From: a virus
Virus record (IMG/VR): IMGVR_UViG_3300025383_000001
Location: 2,657-66,656 of that record
Reading direction: 5' to 3' (one strand)
DNA: 64,000 bases
A program made the position numbers and the translations under genes. Below the pieces are notes generated by a model. The model was not told the DNA's origin. It was given only the letters and a program-made list of their open reading frames with translations, and searched no databases. This document shows, piece by piece, positions 1 through 9,239 of the stretch (positions are counted from its first letter, which is position 1; every line of letters starts with the position of its first letter).

Positions 1-1
1 C

Positions 2-769
2 TTAAGAACCGAGTACGGCAACGGCACCAAATACATGAGCCAAGTAGATTTGACTAGGATGCTGGTTAAGTTGCCTAAAAATACTCGGATTGATTTCTCA
101 GGTATGTCAGAGCCTTGGGCTAATCCTGAGTGCACAAGCATGCTAGAAGAAGTGCTATACATGGGATTTGATGTTGCTATTTATACTACCTTGTATGGCA
201 TGGCTGACCCTGAACGTGTTAAGAAAGTATTAGAAGCTCATCCTAACCAAGTCAAAGTAGTAATGTTGCACTTGCCTGATGCTAACAAGAACATGAAGGG
301 CTGGAAGAATAGCCCTGAGTGGATGGAAGCCCTAAGAGTAATGGCTACCCTTAACGTGCCATGTGGTGTCGGAGCTATGACTATGGATAAAGGTGGTGTG
401 GTTCATGAGTTTCTTCGCCCATATGTGGGGCAATTAGCTGGTTGGGTGGGTCATACTAGGGCAGATAGCCTCAATGTGGAGCAAATTAAAGGTCAAGTGA
501 TTAGCATGACACCGCACAATATCTTTAGTTTAACTTGTGCAAGCACACCTTTTTATGATCGTAATGTTCTTCTGCCAAATGGGGATGTCGTCCTATGCTG
601 TATGGACTACAATCTCGTTCACATTCTAGGTAATCTGCTAACACAGACTTACGAAGAAATTATGCAGGGCAAACCCCTGCTGGATCTGATCGCCCTTAAC
701 GAAGCCCCTGAGTATTCCAAGTGCAGTATATGCAAAGCATGTGAAAACGTGAGGGAAATATGCGTGTAA
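2..769 (+). CDS. Radical SAM / SPASM-domain protein, 5' end truncated by window edge
   Basis: Frame is open from base 2. FSGMSEP resembles the rSAM GGEP-type motif. The C-terminal C..PNGDVVLCCMD..CSICKAC fits a SPASM/twitch domain. The CxxxCxxC motif would lie upstream of the window. Confidence 0.7.
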   Translation, partial: LRTEYGNGTKYMSQVDLTRMLVKLPKNTRIDFSGMSEPWANPECTSMLEEVLYMGFDVAIYTTLYGMADPERVKKVLEAHPNQVKVVMLHLPDANKNMKGWKNSPEWMEALRVMATLNVPCGVGAMTMDKGGVVHEFLRPYVGQLAGWVGHTRADSLNVEQIKGQVISMTPHNIFSLTCASTPFYDRNVLLPNGDVVLCCMDYNLVHILGNLLTQTYEEIMQGKPLLDLIALNEAPEYSKCSICKACENVREICV

Positions 770-1443
770 TGGTAATCACCCCAACTACTGGGAAAGATAC
801 GCTAGAACAAGCACTACTAAGCGTGGAAAGGCAGACCGTTGAAACTGAGCATTTGATTGTGCTTGATGGCAAAGGTATGTCTACAAAACCAGGGGAAACA
901 AAACTAAGAAAAGTAATCCAGCTACCTGAAAACGTAGGCGCTAATAATTGGTATGGGCATAGGGTATATGCCGCATTGCCTTTAATTGTCAATGCCGACT
1001 ACATTCTTTTCTTGGATGAAGATAATTGGTTCGAGCCTAATCATGTGGAAACCATGATTAATAAAATTAAATCAAAAGACCTGATGTGGGCTTACTCTTT
1101 GAGGAGAATATGTGATGAACGAGGACAATATGTTTGTGACGATGATTGCGAGTCACTCGGTAGGAACCCGACGTATTATGACCATACACTTAATTTTGTC
1201 GATACTAACTGCTATTGCTTTAAGCGGGAGTATTTGGTGCGTGTGGCACATAACTTCTACGGACAATGGGGAGCAGATCGTCAATTCTATAGTGCTGCCA
1301 GCAAACTACTGCCTTCCTTTGGATGCACGGGCGAGGCTACAGTTAATTACAGATCACCCGAAAGATTACTTGGAATGTTTAGAGAGGGTAACGAAGCAAT
1401 GAAGAAAGCATATGGACAACCACTACCTTGGAGAAATAAATGA
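760..1443 (+). CDS. Glycosyltransferase family 2 (GT-A fold)
   Basis: N-terminal VMVITPT..LEQALLSV..QT and YILFLDEDN (DxD) motifs. Confidence 0.85.
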   Translation: MRVMVITPTTGKDTLEQALLSVERQTVETEHLIVLDGKGMSTKPGETKLRKVIQLPENVGANNWYGHRVYAALPLIVNADYILFLDEDNWFEPNHVETMINKIKSKDLMWAYSLRRICDERGQYVCDDDCESLGRNPTYYDHTLNFVDTNCYCFKREYLVRVAHNFYGQWGADRQFYSAASKLLPSFGCTGEATVNYRSPERLLGMFREGNEAMKKAYGQPLPWRNK

Positions 1444-2237
1444 GTTTTAAAAAATCTAAACCAGCACCAGCACCGATTCAATTTACACCGCCAAAAGCAA
1501 AGGCATCTTTGTTTGTAGCCACACCTATGTATGGTGGCATGTGCACAGGGCTATATGCTTCAGCAATTATGCAGACTGTCGGTGTTATGGGTCAAAACAA
1601 TATGCAGATGTATTACTCGTTCATGATGAATGAGTCTTTGATTACCCGTGCCCGTAACAGTATGGCTTATGACTTTTTAAAGTCTGATGCTACGCACCTT
1701 ATGTTTATTGATGCCGACATTGGATTTAACCCACAAGATATTCCTCGTATGGTTAATGCTGACGTAGATATTATTTGTGGCTTGTACCCTAAGAAAGAAA
1801 TTAATTGGGTAGAAGTAACCAAAGCGGTTAAGGAAGGTGTGCCACCACAAGAACTCCAGCACCACACAGGGGCTTTTGTTGTAAACCTACCACACGGCCA
1901 GCAAACAACTTCGGGCAGTATTAACGAGCCGCTTGAGATTGCAAATGGTGGTACAGGGTTTATGTTAATCAAACGCAAAGTGTTTGAAGCGCTAGCAGAC
2001 AAAGTGCCAAGCTATACCAATGATATGTACCATGCGGTTGATACTGTGCGTGAAGTCAAGATAATTAAAGAGTTCTTTGCTACCAGCATTGAAGAAGAAT
2101 CTAATCGCTTGTTATCTGAAGACTATCATTTCTGCAAGATTGCACGGGAAGCTGGCTTTAAAGTATATGCGGCTCCTTGGGCACACTTTACTCATACTGG
2201 CACTTATGGATTTACTGGTGCCCTTCCTAGGAGCTAA
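1440..2237 (+). CDS. GT-A fold glycosyltransferase-like protein
   Basis: ATPMYGG, ESLITRARN, THLMFIDADIGF (DxD) and LSEDYHFC motifs typical of phage GT-A proteins. Confidence 0.75.
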   Translation: MSFKKSKPAPAPIQFTPPKAKASLFVATPMYGGMCTGLYASAIMQTVGVMGQNNMQMYYSFMMNESLITRARNSMAYDFLKSDATHLMFIDADIGFNPQDIPRMVNADVDIICGLYPKKEINWVEVTKAVKEGVPPQELQHHTGAFVVNLPHGQQTTSGSINEPLEIANGGTGFMLIKRKVFEALADKVPSYTNDMYHAVDTVREVKIIKEFFATSIEEESNRLLSEDYHFCKIAREAGFKVYAAPWAHFTHTGTYGFTGALPRS

Positions 2238-2238
2238 C

Positions 2239-2442
2239 ATGCAAGATCCAGTAAACCACCCAAAACACTACACAAGCCACCCTTCAGGGGTGGAGTGTAT
2301 CCAAATTACCGAGCACATGGGATTTAACTTAGGCAATGCTATGAAGTATATATGGCGTGCCGACCTCAAATCTGATGCTGTTGAGGATTTACGTAAGGCT
2401 GTTTGGTATATTAACCGTGAAATAGCTAAGAGGGTCAAATGA
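2239..2442 (+). CDS. DUF3310 (SaV-like) protein
   Basis: DPVNHPKHY..ECI..GFNLGNAMKYIWRA..EDLRKAVWY signature; ATG at 2239 follows AGGAG. Confidence 0.85.
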   Translation: MQDPVNHPKHYTSHPSGVECIQITEHMGFNLGNAMKYIWRADLKSDAVEDLRKAVWYINREIAKRVK

Positions 2443-2681
2443 GCGAGCCAATTCCTTTTGCTGGTTGGGTGGATATTGACGATAAAACCGATCAAATCCT
2501 TAAAGAATTGACTGGAACTGACCCAGAAAACATGCCAAAATACGTGGTATTAGGTGATGGAAGCGTCTATTTTTACAAGAAAGAGGAAGACAGATATGCC
2601 CTACGTGAACAAACCCCGCCCTTACAAGAAGGAATACCAGCAACAACTAGCACGGGGGGAACAGCCAGCCCGAAATGCTAG
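2439..2681 (+). CDS. Hypothetical protein
   Basis: ATGA overlap with previous stop, GAGG RBS. Confidence 0.55.
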   Translation: MSEPIPFAGWVDIDDKTDQILKELTGTDPENMPKYVVLGDGSVYFYKKEEDRYALREQTPPLQEGIPATTSTGGTASPKC

Positions 2682-2931
2682 GGCAAGAGCTAGATACGCT
2701 TATGATAAAACACACCCTGATAGCCCTAAAGATAAAGACCACACTGCTGAAAGCCGTGAAGGAAAAGATATTGAGCACATCAAGCCCCTATCTAAAGGCG
2801 GAAGTAATTCAAAAAAGAATTTGCGTATTGAATCTCAGCATGCAAATAGGTCGTTTATAAGAAACTCAAATCACACTGTAAAAATAAACAAATCAAGACC
2901 CGTTAAAAAGAAAAATGGAAATAATCGATAA
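2596..2931 (+). CDS. HNH endonuclease
   Basis: KDIEHIKPLSKGGSNSKKNLRIESQHANRS HNH-type motif; GAGGA RBS before ATG 2596. Confidence 0.75.
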   Translation: MPYVNKPRPYKKEYQQQLARGEQPARNARARARYAYDKTHPDSPKDKDHTAESREGKDIEHIKPLSKGGSNSKKNLRIESQHANRSFIRNSNHTVKINKSRPVKKKNGNNR

Positions 2932-4474
2932 CAAAGCCATAGTAATTACTACTCGCAGACCGCAATTAGTAACTGAATGTATTACAAAAAGCGAGATTAT
3001 TGAAACTAATGGTGACTTGCATAAGGTTGCCGTTCATTGGGGTTTAGAAGAAGCACAGGCCTTAACTAGACTAAAAATTAAAAGCGTGCCTTCTCCTATC
3101 AGAAAAGATTACGAGTGGCCTGGTTTATTTAAACCTATGGCTCACCAAATAGATACGGCTAATTTTCTTACTCTAAATCAAAGGGCATTTTGTTTTAACG
3201 AACAAGGCACAGGAAAAACTGCCTCATCTATATGGGCTGCAGATTATCTTATTGAACAAGGTATAGTCGGTAGAGTATTGATTGTGTGCCCTCTTTCGAT
3301 TATGCAGTCCGCATGGCAAGCAGATTTATTTAAGTTTGCGATGCACCGTAAAGTTGGTGTAGCGTATGGCGAAAGAAAGAAACGAGAAGCAGTTATTGAA
3401 AGCGATGCGCAATTTGTAATTATTAATTATGATGGCGTTGAAATCGTAGCCGACACTATTGCAAGACAAAATTTTGATTTAATCATTATAGATGAAGCTA
3501 ATGCTTATAAAACAGTAACAACCAAACGCTGGAAAACTATGCAACGTATTCTTACAAATAGAACGTGGCTATGGATGATGACCGGCACCCCCGCAGCACA
3601 AAGCCCAACAGATGCTTTTGGTTTAGCAAAGTTGGCCGTACCCCAAAATGTGCCAAGATTCTTTGGTGCTTTCCGTGACCAAACTATGGTTAACATTAGT
3701 AAGTTTAAATGGATGGTACGTCCCGATGCTGACCAAACAGTTTTTGCTGCGTTGCAGCCAGCAATAAGATTTAGAAAAGAAGATTGTTTAGACTTACCGG
3801 AGGTAACACATGTTTACAGGGACGCCCCCCTTACTCCGCAACAGGAGAAATACTACAAACTCCTCAAGAAAGAAATGCTCATGGTCGCTGATGGAGAAGA
3901 AATCAGCGCTGTCAATGCTGCTGTTAACCTCACTAAATTGTTGCAAATTAGTGGCGGTGCTGTTTACTCTGATAGTGGTAGCGTTGTTGAATTTGACGTT
4001 TCTAATCGGTTACGAGTTATCGAAGAAGTTATTAACGAAGCTAGCCACAAAGTTCTTGTCTTTGTACCATTCACGCATACAATAGAACTGCTCAGTGCGC
4101 ATTTGAGAGGGGCAGGTATTGCATCCGACATTATAAACGGAGCTGTTTCCGTTACTAAACGTACTGAAATTTTCAAGAATTTTCAAGAAAATCCAAACCC
4201 TAAAGTGCTGTTAATACAACCACAAGCTGCAGCACATGGTGTTACTTTAACGGCGGCTGATACCATAATATGGTATTCGCCAGTAACTTCCATTGAGACG
4301 TACTTGCAAGCTAATGCACGTATTGACCGCCAAGGACAAAAGAACAAGATGACCATTGTGCATATTAAGGGTAGTCCCGTAGAGACAAGGCTTTATAATA
4401 TGCTGCAAAATAAGCTGGAAATACACACAAAAATAATTGACTTGTACAAACAAGAAGTAAAAGAAAGTAGTTGA
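2915..4474 (+). CDS. SNF2-family (SF2) helicase
   Basis: QGTGKT Walker A, IIIDEA Walker B, MTGTP motif III, QANARIDRQGQ motif VI. Confidence 0.92.
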   Translation: MEIIDNKAIVITTRRPQLVTECITKSEIIETNGDLHKVAVHWGLEEAQALTRLKIKSVPSPIRKDYEWPGLFKPMAHQIDTANFLTLNQRAFCFNEQGTGKTASSIWAADYLIEQGIVGRVLIVCPLSIMQSAWQADLFKFAMHRKVGVAYGERKKREAVIESDAQFVIINYDGVEIVADTIARQNFDLIIIDEANAYKTVTTKRWKTMQRILTNRTWLWMMTGTPAAQSPTDAFGLAKLAVPQNVPRFFGAFRDQTMVNISKFKWMVRPDADQTVFAALQPAIRFRKEDCLDLPEVTHVYRDAPLTPQQEKYYKLLKKEMLMVADGEEISAVNAAVNLTKLLQISGGAVYSDSGSVVEFDVSNRLRVIEEVINEASHKVLVFVPFTHTIELLSAHLRGAGIASDIINGAVSVTKRTEIFKNFQENPNPKVLLIQPQAAAHGVTLTAADTIIWYSPVTSIETYLQANARIDRQGQKNKMTIVHIKGSPVETRLYNMLQNKLEIHTKIIDLYKQEVKESS

Positions 4475-4499
4475 CAAAGTCAAGTAGTAGTCGTAGTAT
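4471..4499 (+). promoter_or_regulatory. Sigma70-type promoter for the replication operon
   Basis: TTGACA (4471-4476), 17-bp spacer, TAGTAT (4494-4499), upstream of the AAGGA RBS of ORF 4542. Confidence 0.65.
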
Positions 4500-4541
4500 T
4501 AATTAACGGGCAAAGACCCGACAACTGTAAAGGAAACCAAC

Positions 4542-4973
4542 ATGGATACTGAAGTCCAAGAGAAACTATCCGCCGACAAATTAGTCGGTGTCTACATCAA
4601 GATGCGTGATGCACTTGAGGAAATGTACAAAAAATACCAAGAAGAGAAAGCCAGCGTAGAGCAGCAGATGTCTATGGTTGAGCAGGAACTTATTGATATC
4701 TTGAAACGAGAAAATGCAAGCAATATCAAAACACCATTTGGTACTGCATCAAGAATCATCAAGTCTAGATACTGGACTAATGACTGGGAAAGTTTTCACA
4801 AGTTTATGATTGAGCACGAAGCTCCTGATTTATTGGAGAAGCGTATTCATCAAAGCAACATGAAGACATTCCTTGAAGACAATCCTGATTTTAAACCGCC
4901 AGGATTAAACGTAGAAAATTCTTACACTATCATGGTAAGAAGATCCAACCCCTCTATAGGAGAATCTAAATGA
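4542..4973 (+). CDS. Conserved phage coiled-coil protein of the replication module
   Basis: Good RBS; sits before the SSB-like gene; function not recognised. Confidence 0.6.
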   Translation: MDTEVQEKLSADKLVGVYIKMRDALEEMYKKYQEEKASVEQQMSMVEQELIDILKRENASNIKTPFGTASRIIKSRYWTNDWESFHKFMIEHEAPDLLEKRIHQSNMKTFLEDNPDFKPPGLNVENSYTIMVRRSNPSIGESK

Positions 4974-5848
4974 GTAACGTCGCTTTGTTTAACCAAGAAT
5001 TACCTGACTATCTTAAGGAAGTCGAACTCGATGATGTCACTAAAGCCCTTTCGGGTGGTGGCAGTACAGTTAAGCGTATTACGCTTGGCAATAATAAATT
5101 TGTGCTTAAGGTAAATGGTGCTGAAATTTCTAAGAGCGCCAATGATAAGCTGGAAGTTGTTTTGGTTAACGCTTCCCCACATGTATCACGTACATTCTAT
5201 GCTAAAGCATGGGATCCAAAAGCTGAAGCAGCCCCACCTGATTGTTGGTCTAATGACGGCGAACGCCCTGATGCTTCTGTTACTGAACCACAAAGCCCTA
5301 TGTGCATGAACTGCCCACAAGATGTAGCTGGGTCAGGCCCAGGCACTACTAAGGCTTGCCGTAAAAACCGCCGTGTAGCAGTGGTACTAGCTGGCGATTT
5401 AGAAGGTGATGTATACCAAATGACTTTGCAATCTAAGTCAATCTTCTACGATGCTAAAAAACCAGGCGATTTAGACCATATGCCATTTGACCAATTTAGT
5501 CGTTACGTAGGGTCACAAGGCTACAACTTAAATATGCTGGTTACTGAAATGCGCTTTGACGAGGACTCTACTGTCGGCAAGTTATTCTTCCGTCCAGTTC
5601 GATTTTTGCAACGCCATGAATGGGAAATTGCTAAACGTCAAGGCGAAACCAAAACTGCTAAGAGTGCAATTACTATGACTGTAGCTCAAGCGGATGGCGT
5701 TAAAAAGCTAGAAGCCCCCGTAAAAGCGGCAGCGCCACAGCCAGAAATTGCTGAGCCTAAGAAGCGTGAAGAAAAGAAAGCCGAACCGACACCCAAAAAA
5801 GATTTAAAGGCAGTCTTGGGGAATTGGTCTACTGACGATTCAGAATGA
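4970..5848 (+). CDS. Putative single-stranded DNA-binding protein
   Basis: Cys cluster (DCWS..CMNCPQ..ACR), Lys/Pro linker and acidic W-containing C-tail (NWSTDDSE); replication-module context. Confidence 0.55.
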   Translation: MSNVALFNQELPDYLKEVELDDVTKALSGGGSTVKRITLGNNKFVLKVNGAEISKSANDKLEVVLVNASPHVSRTFYAKAWDPKAEAAPPDCWSNDGERPDASVTEPQSPMCMNCPQDVAGSGPGTTKACRKNRRVAVVLAGDLEGDVYQMTLQSKSIFYDAKKPGDLDHMPFDQFSRYVGSQGYNLNMLVTEMRFDEDSTVGKLFFRPVRFLQRHEWEIAKRQGETKTAKSAITMTVAQADGVKKLEAPVKAAAPQPEIAEPKKREEKKAEPTPKKDLKAVLGNWSTDDSE

Positions 5849-6069
5849 CACTTAGAGGCTACAGCTATCGTTTAGTGGAAGCCAATCAGGCTGCCGACTC
5901 CGAGTTAATCGGGGTGCAGCTTGGTCGGTGGTGTATTGCTAATGATATCTCGGTAGAAAAGATTGCACGACGTTTTCATGTGTCTCGCATGACTATCTAT
6001 TCTTGGTTCATTGGCAAGTCACAGCCCCACCCACACAAAGCTGAATTAATAAAAAAGTATTTGAAGTAA
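5845..6069 (+). CDS. Helix-turn-helix DNA-binding protein
   Basis: ISVEKIARRFHVSRMTIYSWFIG HTH pattern. Confidence 0.75.
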   Translation: MTLRGYSYRLVEANQAADSELIGVQLGRWCIANDISVEKIARRFHVSRMTIYSWFIGKSQPHPHKAELIKKYLK

Positions 6070-6075
6070 GTCTAC

Positions 6076-6139
6076 GGGGGCAGCTAGCTCGACGGAGCGA
6101 ATCGGGATATTGCCGAATCCCATGCTGCCCTTTTCTTTT
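6076..6139 (+). ncRNA. Candidate structured RNA (three-way junction, tRNA-like) upstream of primase-helicase
   Basis: GGGCAGC/GCTGCCC outer stem enclosing GCTC-GACG-GAGC and GGGAT-ATTGCCGA-ATCCC hairpins, followed by a U-tract. Confidence 0.45.
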
Positions 6140-6154
6140 CGGTTTTGAGGTTAT

Positions 6155-8992
6155 ATGGCTACTATTGATTTACTGACGCATGTGCTAGCACCAGAGGGTG
6201 AAGGGCACTACTGTATCGTCGGTTTACGGCAAGACGGGGCAAAACCACCAGTGCAAACATTCCACGCAACTCTTGTGGATGCAGAAGCACAAATTGATAA
6301 ATTGCTACAAGAAAAGTGTAATGTGTACTTTGCTTGTGCTAAATACAAAGACCCTAGTGAAGGGCGTATTCAGCCTAATGGCGATTTAATTAAAGCATTT
6401 TGGATTGACGTCGATTGCGGCTTGGGCAAGCCGTATGCAGATCAAGCTGAGGGCTTATCGGCCCTCAAGGACTTCTGTGCGAAGGTGCACCTACCTTTGC
6501 CGACGATCGTCAATTCAGGTCGTGGTATTCATGCGTACTGGAGACTAACTACCGTAATCAACCGACTACAATGGAAGCCCGTTGCTGAACGTCTTAAAGT
6601 GTTGTGCGAAGAATATGAGTTTAAAGCAGATCCTTCTCGCACTGCTGACAACGCATCTATTCTGCGTGTACCTGAGACACTTAATTTTAAAAACGAAGAA
6701 GGATTACCCGTAGAAATATTGGCGGTTGAGCCTGAGCTTGATTACGAATTCGTCAAACAAAAGATTGGTGTTTTAATTGCGCCTGATTGGATGCCACGTC
6801 AGCTTAACGAGATGACTCGTGCTTTGATGGGTAACAGGCAGAGCCGTTTCCAAACCATTATGTTAAAGACAATAAATGGTAAAGGTTGTGCTCAGCTTGA
6901 AAATATTGTTTTAAACCAAGAATCAATCGAAGAACCACTATGGAGGGCGGGCTTGTCTATAGCGGCAGCCTGCATAGACAGAGATGAAGCGATACACAAA
7001 ATATCTATGGGGCACCCAGAATACTCGGCGGAGGCGACCGAGAGGAAAGCGAATTCTACGAAAGGCCCTTATACATGCGAAACTTTCCAAAAGATTAACC
7101 TCTCGGGATGTGGCGAATGCCCAAATAAGGGAAAGATATCAAATCCGATACAGCTCGGATCCGAAATCGTGGCTGCAGAAGAAAGTAGCGTCGTGGAAAC
7201 GAACGAGGCTGGTGAAAAGGAGGTATTCGATATTCCAGAGTATCCGTACCCGTACTTTCGTGGCAAGAATGGCGGCGTGTATGTAGAAGTAAAAGATGAT
7301 GACGGTAATGTAGATGCATACAACATTTATGAGCATGACTTATATATCGTCAAACGTCTGCACGATCCTGCCAAAGGAGAGTCAATGTGGTTACGTTTGC
7401 ACCTTCCTAAAGATGGTATGCGTGAGTTTGCTATCCCTAACACCGACATTATGACAATCGAAAAGCTGCGTGAGCGTCTTGGGTTTTATGGTGTACTGGG
7501 AACTAAGAAACAAATGGAAGCAATTATGGGTTACGTAATTGCATCAGCTAAAAATTTACAACATAAGACAGAGGTAGAAATAATGAGAAGCCAGTTTGGT
7601 TGGACAGAAGATAACAAAAAATTCATTCTAGGAGAGCAAGAAATAAGTGCAGATAAGGTAGCGTACAGCCCACCATCTGCGTCTACTGGGTCATTAGCTG
7701 ACTGGCTAAAGCCAGTGGGTGATTTTGAGGCATGGAAGAAAACCGTTAAGATTTATGACCAGCCGGGTTTTGAGCCACATGCGTTTGCGTTCTTTACTGC
7801 GTTCGGCGCTCCGCTACTTAAGCACCTTAATCATAAGGGGGCTATTGTCAACCTCATCAACAACACTTCAGGCACAGGCAAATCTACCATTTTAAAAATG
7901 TGCAATAGTGTATGGGGTCATCCTGAAGAGCTTATGCTGCAGTGGAAAGATACGATGAACTCAATGATTCACCGTCTTGGCGTAATGAATAACTTGCCTG
8001 TAACGATTGACGAAATTACAAAACTTAGTGGAGACCACTTCTCTGACTTAGCCTATAGTATTTCTCAAGGTCGTGGCAAGAACCGCATGAAGCAGCATGA
8101 GAATGCTGAGCGTATCAATGCTACAAAATGGGCAACTATTGCATTGTGCAGTTCTAATGCATCTTTTTACGATAAGCTATCTTCCCTAAAGTCTACCCCT
8201 GACGGCGAGTTTATGCGTCTGTTGGAGTACAAGATTGATTTAACTGGCAACCTTACTAAAGAACAAGCCGACGAGATATTCAATCGCCTTTACGATAACT
8301 ATGGTCATGCTGGTGTTGAGTATGCTAAGTATTTGGTTAGCGATTTAGAGACTGCAATTGATTCCGTAATGCAAGTTCAACAGATGGTAGACAAAGCAAT
8401 TAACCTAACAAGCCGTGAGCGTTTCTGGTCGGCAGTGATTGCTTGTAATATTGCTGGTGCATTGATTGCTAAAGACTTGGGCATTATTGACTTTAATATC
8501 AAGCGTGTATTTGACTGGGTAGTCAAAGAAATTGAAATTATGCGTAACGACATCAAGGCCCCAGCCACTAACCAAACAAGTATTATTGGTGAATTCATGA
8601 ACGAACACCGTGGGGCTGTGTTGGTAATTAACAACGAGGCAGACGCACGGTCGGGTATGGAACAGTTGCCAATTGTAGAGCCTAGGTTTAATGACTTGTT
8701 CATCCGCATCGAGCCAGACACAAAACGTATTTACATCAATTCGAAGCAGTTACGTACCTATTGCTCTTCACAGCAAGTTACCTTAAAGGACTTACTCAAG
8801 GGGCTTGAAGCCGATAAGACCTATCTTGGACACACCAAAAAGCGGTTATCTAAGGGTACTAAAATTATCTCGGCCCCAGTAGATGTGCATATCTTTGACT
8901 TGTCTAGCCCCCATTTTGGCGATCCTGAGCACGTAATCCAGGCCATCAAAGACGCTCCTAATGTTGATCCACGGACTGAACTTCCGAGTTAA
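6155..8992 (+). CDS. Primase-helicase (AEP/RepB-like primase, DUF927-like region, P-loop helicase)
   Basis: FWIDVD and VNSGRGIHAYW primase motifs, RILRVP-like SILRVPET, Cys cluster, SGTGKST Walker A, VTIDE Walker B. Confidence 0.85.
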   Translation: MATIDLLTHVLAPEGEGHYCIVGLRQDGAKPPVQTFHATLVDAEAQIDKLLQEKCNVYFACAKYKDPSEGRIQPNGDLIKAFWIDVDCGLGKPYADQAEGLSALKDFCAKVHLPLPTIVNSGRGIHAYWRLTTVINRLQWKPVAERLKVLCEEYEFKADPSRTADNASILRVPETLNFKNEEGLPVEILAVEPELDYEFVKQKIGVLIAPDWMPRQLNEMTRALMGNRQSRFQTIMLKTINGKGCAQLENIVLNQESIEEPLWRAGLSIAAACIDRDEAIHKISMGHPEYSAEATERKANSTKGPYTCETFQKINLSGCGECPNKGKISNPIQLGSEIVAAEESSVVETNEAGEKEVFDIPEYPYPYFRGKNGGVYVEVKDDDGNVDAYNIYEHDLYIVKRLHDPAKGESMWLRLHLPKDGMREFAIPNTDIMTIEKLRERLGFYGVLGTKKQMEAIMGYVIASAKNLQHKTEVEIMRSQFGWTEDNKKFILGEQEISADKVAYSPPSASTGSLADWLKPVGDFEAWKKTVKIYDQPGFEPHAFAFFTAFGAPLLKHLNHKGAIVNLINNTSGTGKSTILKMCNSVWGHPEELMLQWKDTMNSMIHRLGVMNNLPVTIDEITKLSGDHFSDLAYSISQGRGKNRMKQHENAERINATKWATIALCSSNASFYDKLSSLKSTPDGEFMRLLEYKIDLTGNLTKEQADEIFNRLYDNYGHAGVEYAKYLVSDLETAIDSVMQVQQMVDKAINLTSRERFWSAVIACNIAGALIAKDLGIIDFNIKRVFDWVVKEIEIMRNDIKAPATNQTSIIGEFMNEHRGAVLVINNEADARSGMEQLPIVEPRFNDLFIRIEPDTKRIYINSKQLRTYCSSQQVTLKDLLKGLEADKTYLGHTKKRLSKGTKIISAPVDVHIFDLSSPHFGDPEHVIQAIKDAPNVDPRTELPS

Positions 8993-9158
8993 TTGGAAGA
9001 ACTTTATAGTCGGCTCGTCGTTTTTTATCCCATGCCTAAATCCAGATGCAGCTTTGGAGCAGGTTTTAAGGGCTACACGGCGGCTTGGCTATAAGGTTAA
9101 GTCCCAGATAGTCATAGAAAAAGGTATACGAGGATTGCGTGTTTGGAGAATTAAGTAG
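8961..9158 (+). CDS. Small hypothetical (possibly DNA-binding) protein
   Basis: VGSSFFIP..GLRVWRI pattern common in small phage proteins; ends before terminator. Confidence 0.6.
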   Translation: MLIHGLNFRVNWKNFIVGSSFFIPCLNPDAALEQVLRATRRLGYKVKSQIVIEKGIRGLRVWRIK

Positions 9159-9211
9159 TATTATTTGCTTGTAGTCTAGGGTTTTGACTACGCATCCTTT
9201 ACAGTGACTTA

Positions 9212-9239
9212 ACCCCACCCAAGCGGTGGGGTCTTTTTT
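9212..9239 (+). terminator. Intrinsic terminator at the convergence of the two arms
   Basis: ACCCCACC-CAAGC-GGTGGGGT followed by CTTTTTT. Confidence 0.75.

Noticed and set aside
6076-6139. Canonical tRNA gene
   Set aside because: No anticodon arm, no TTC T-loop consensus and no CCA; kept only as a tRNA-like candidate
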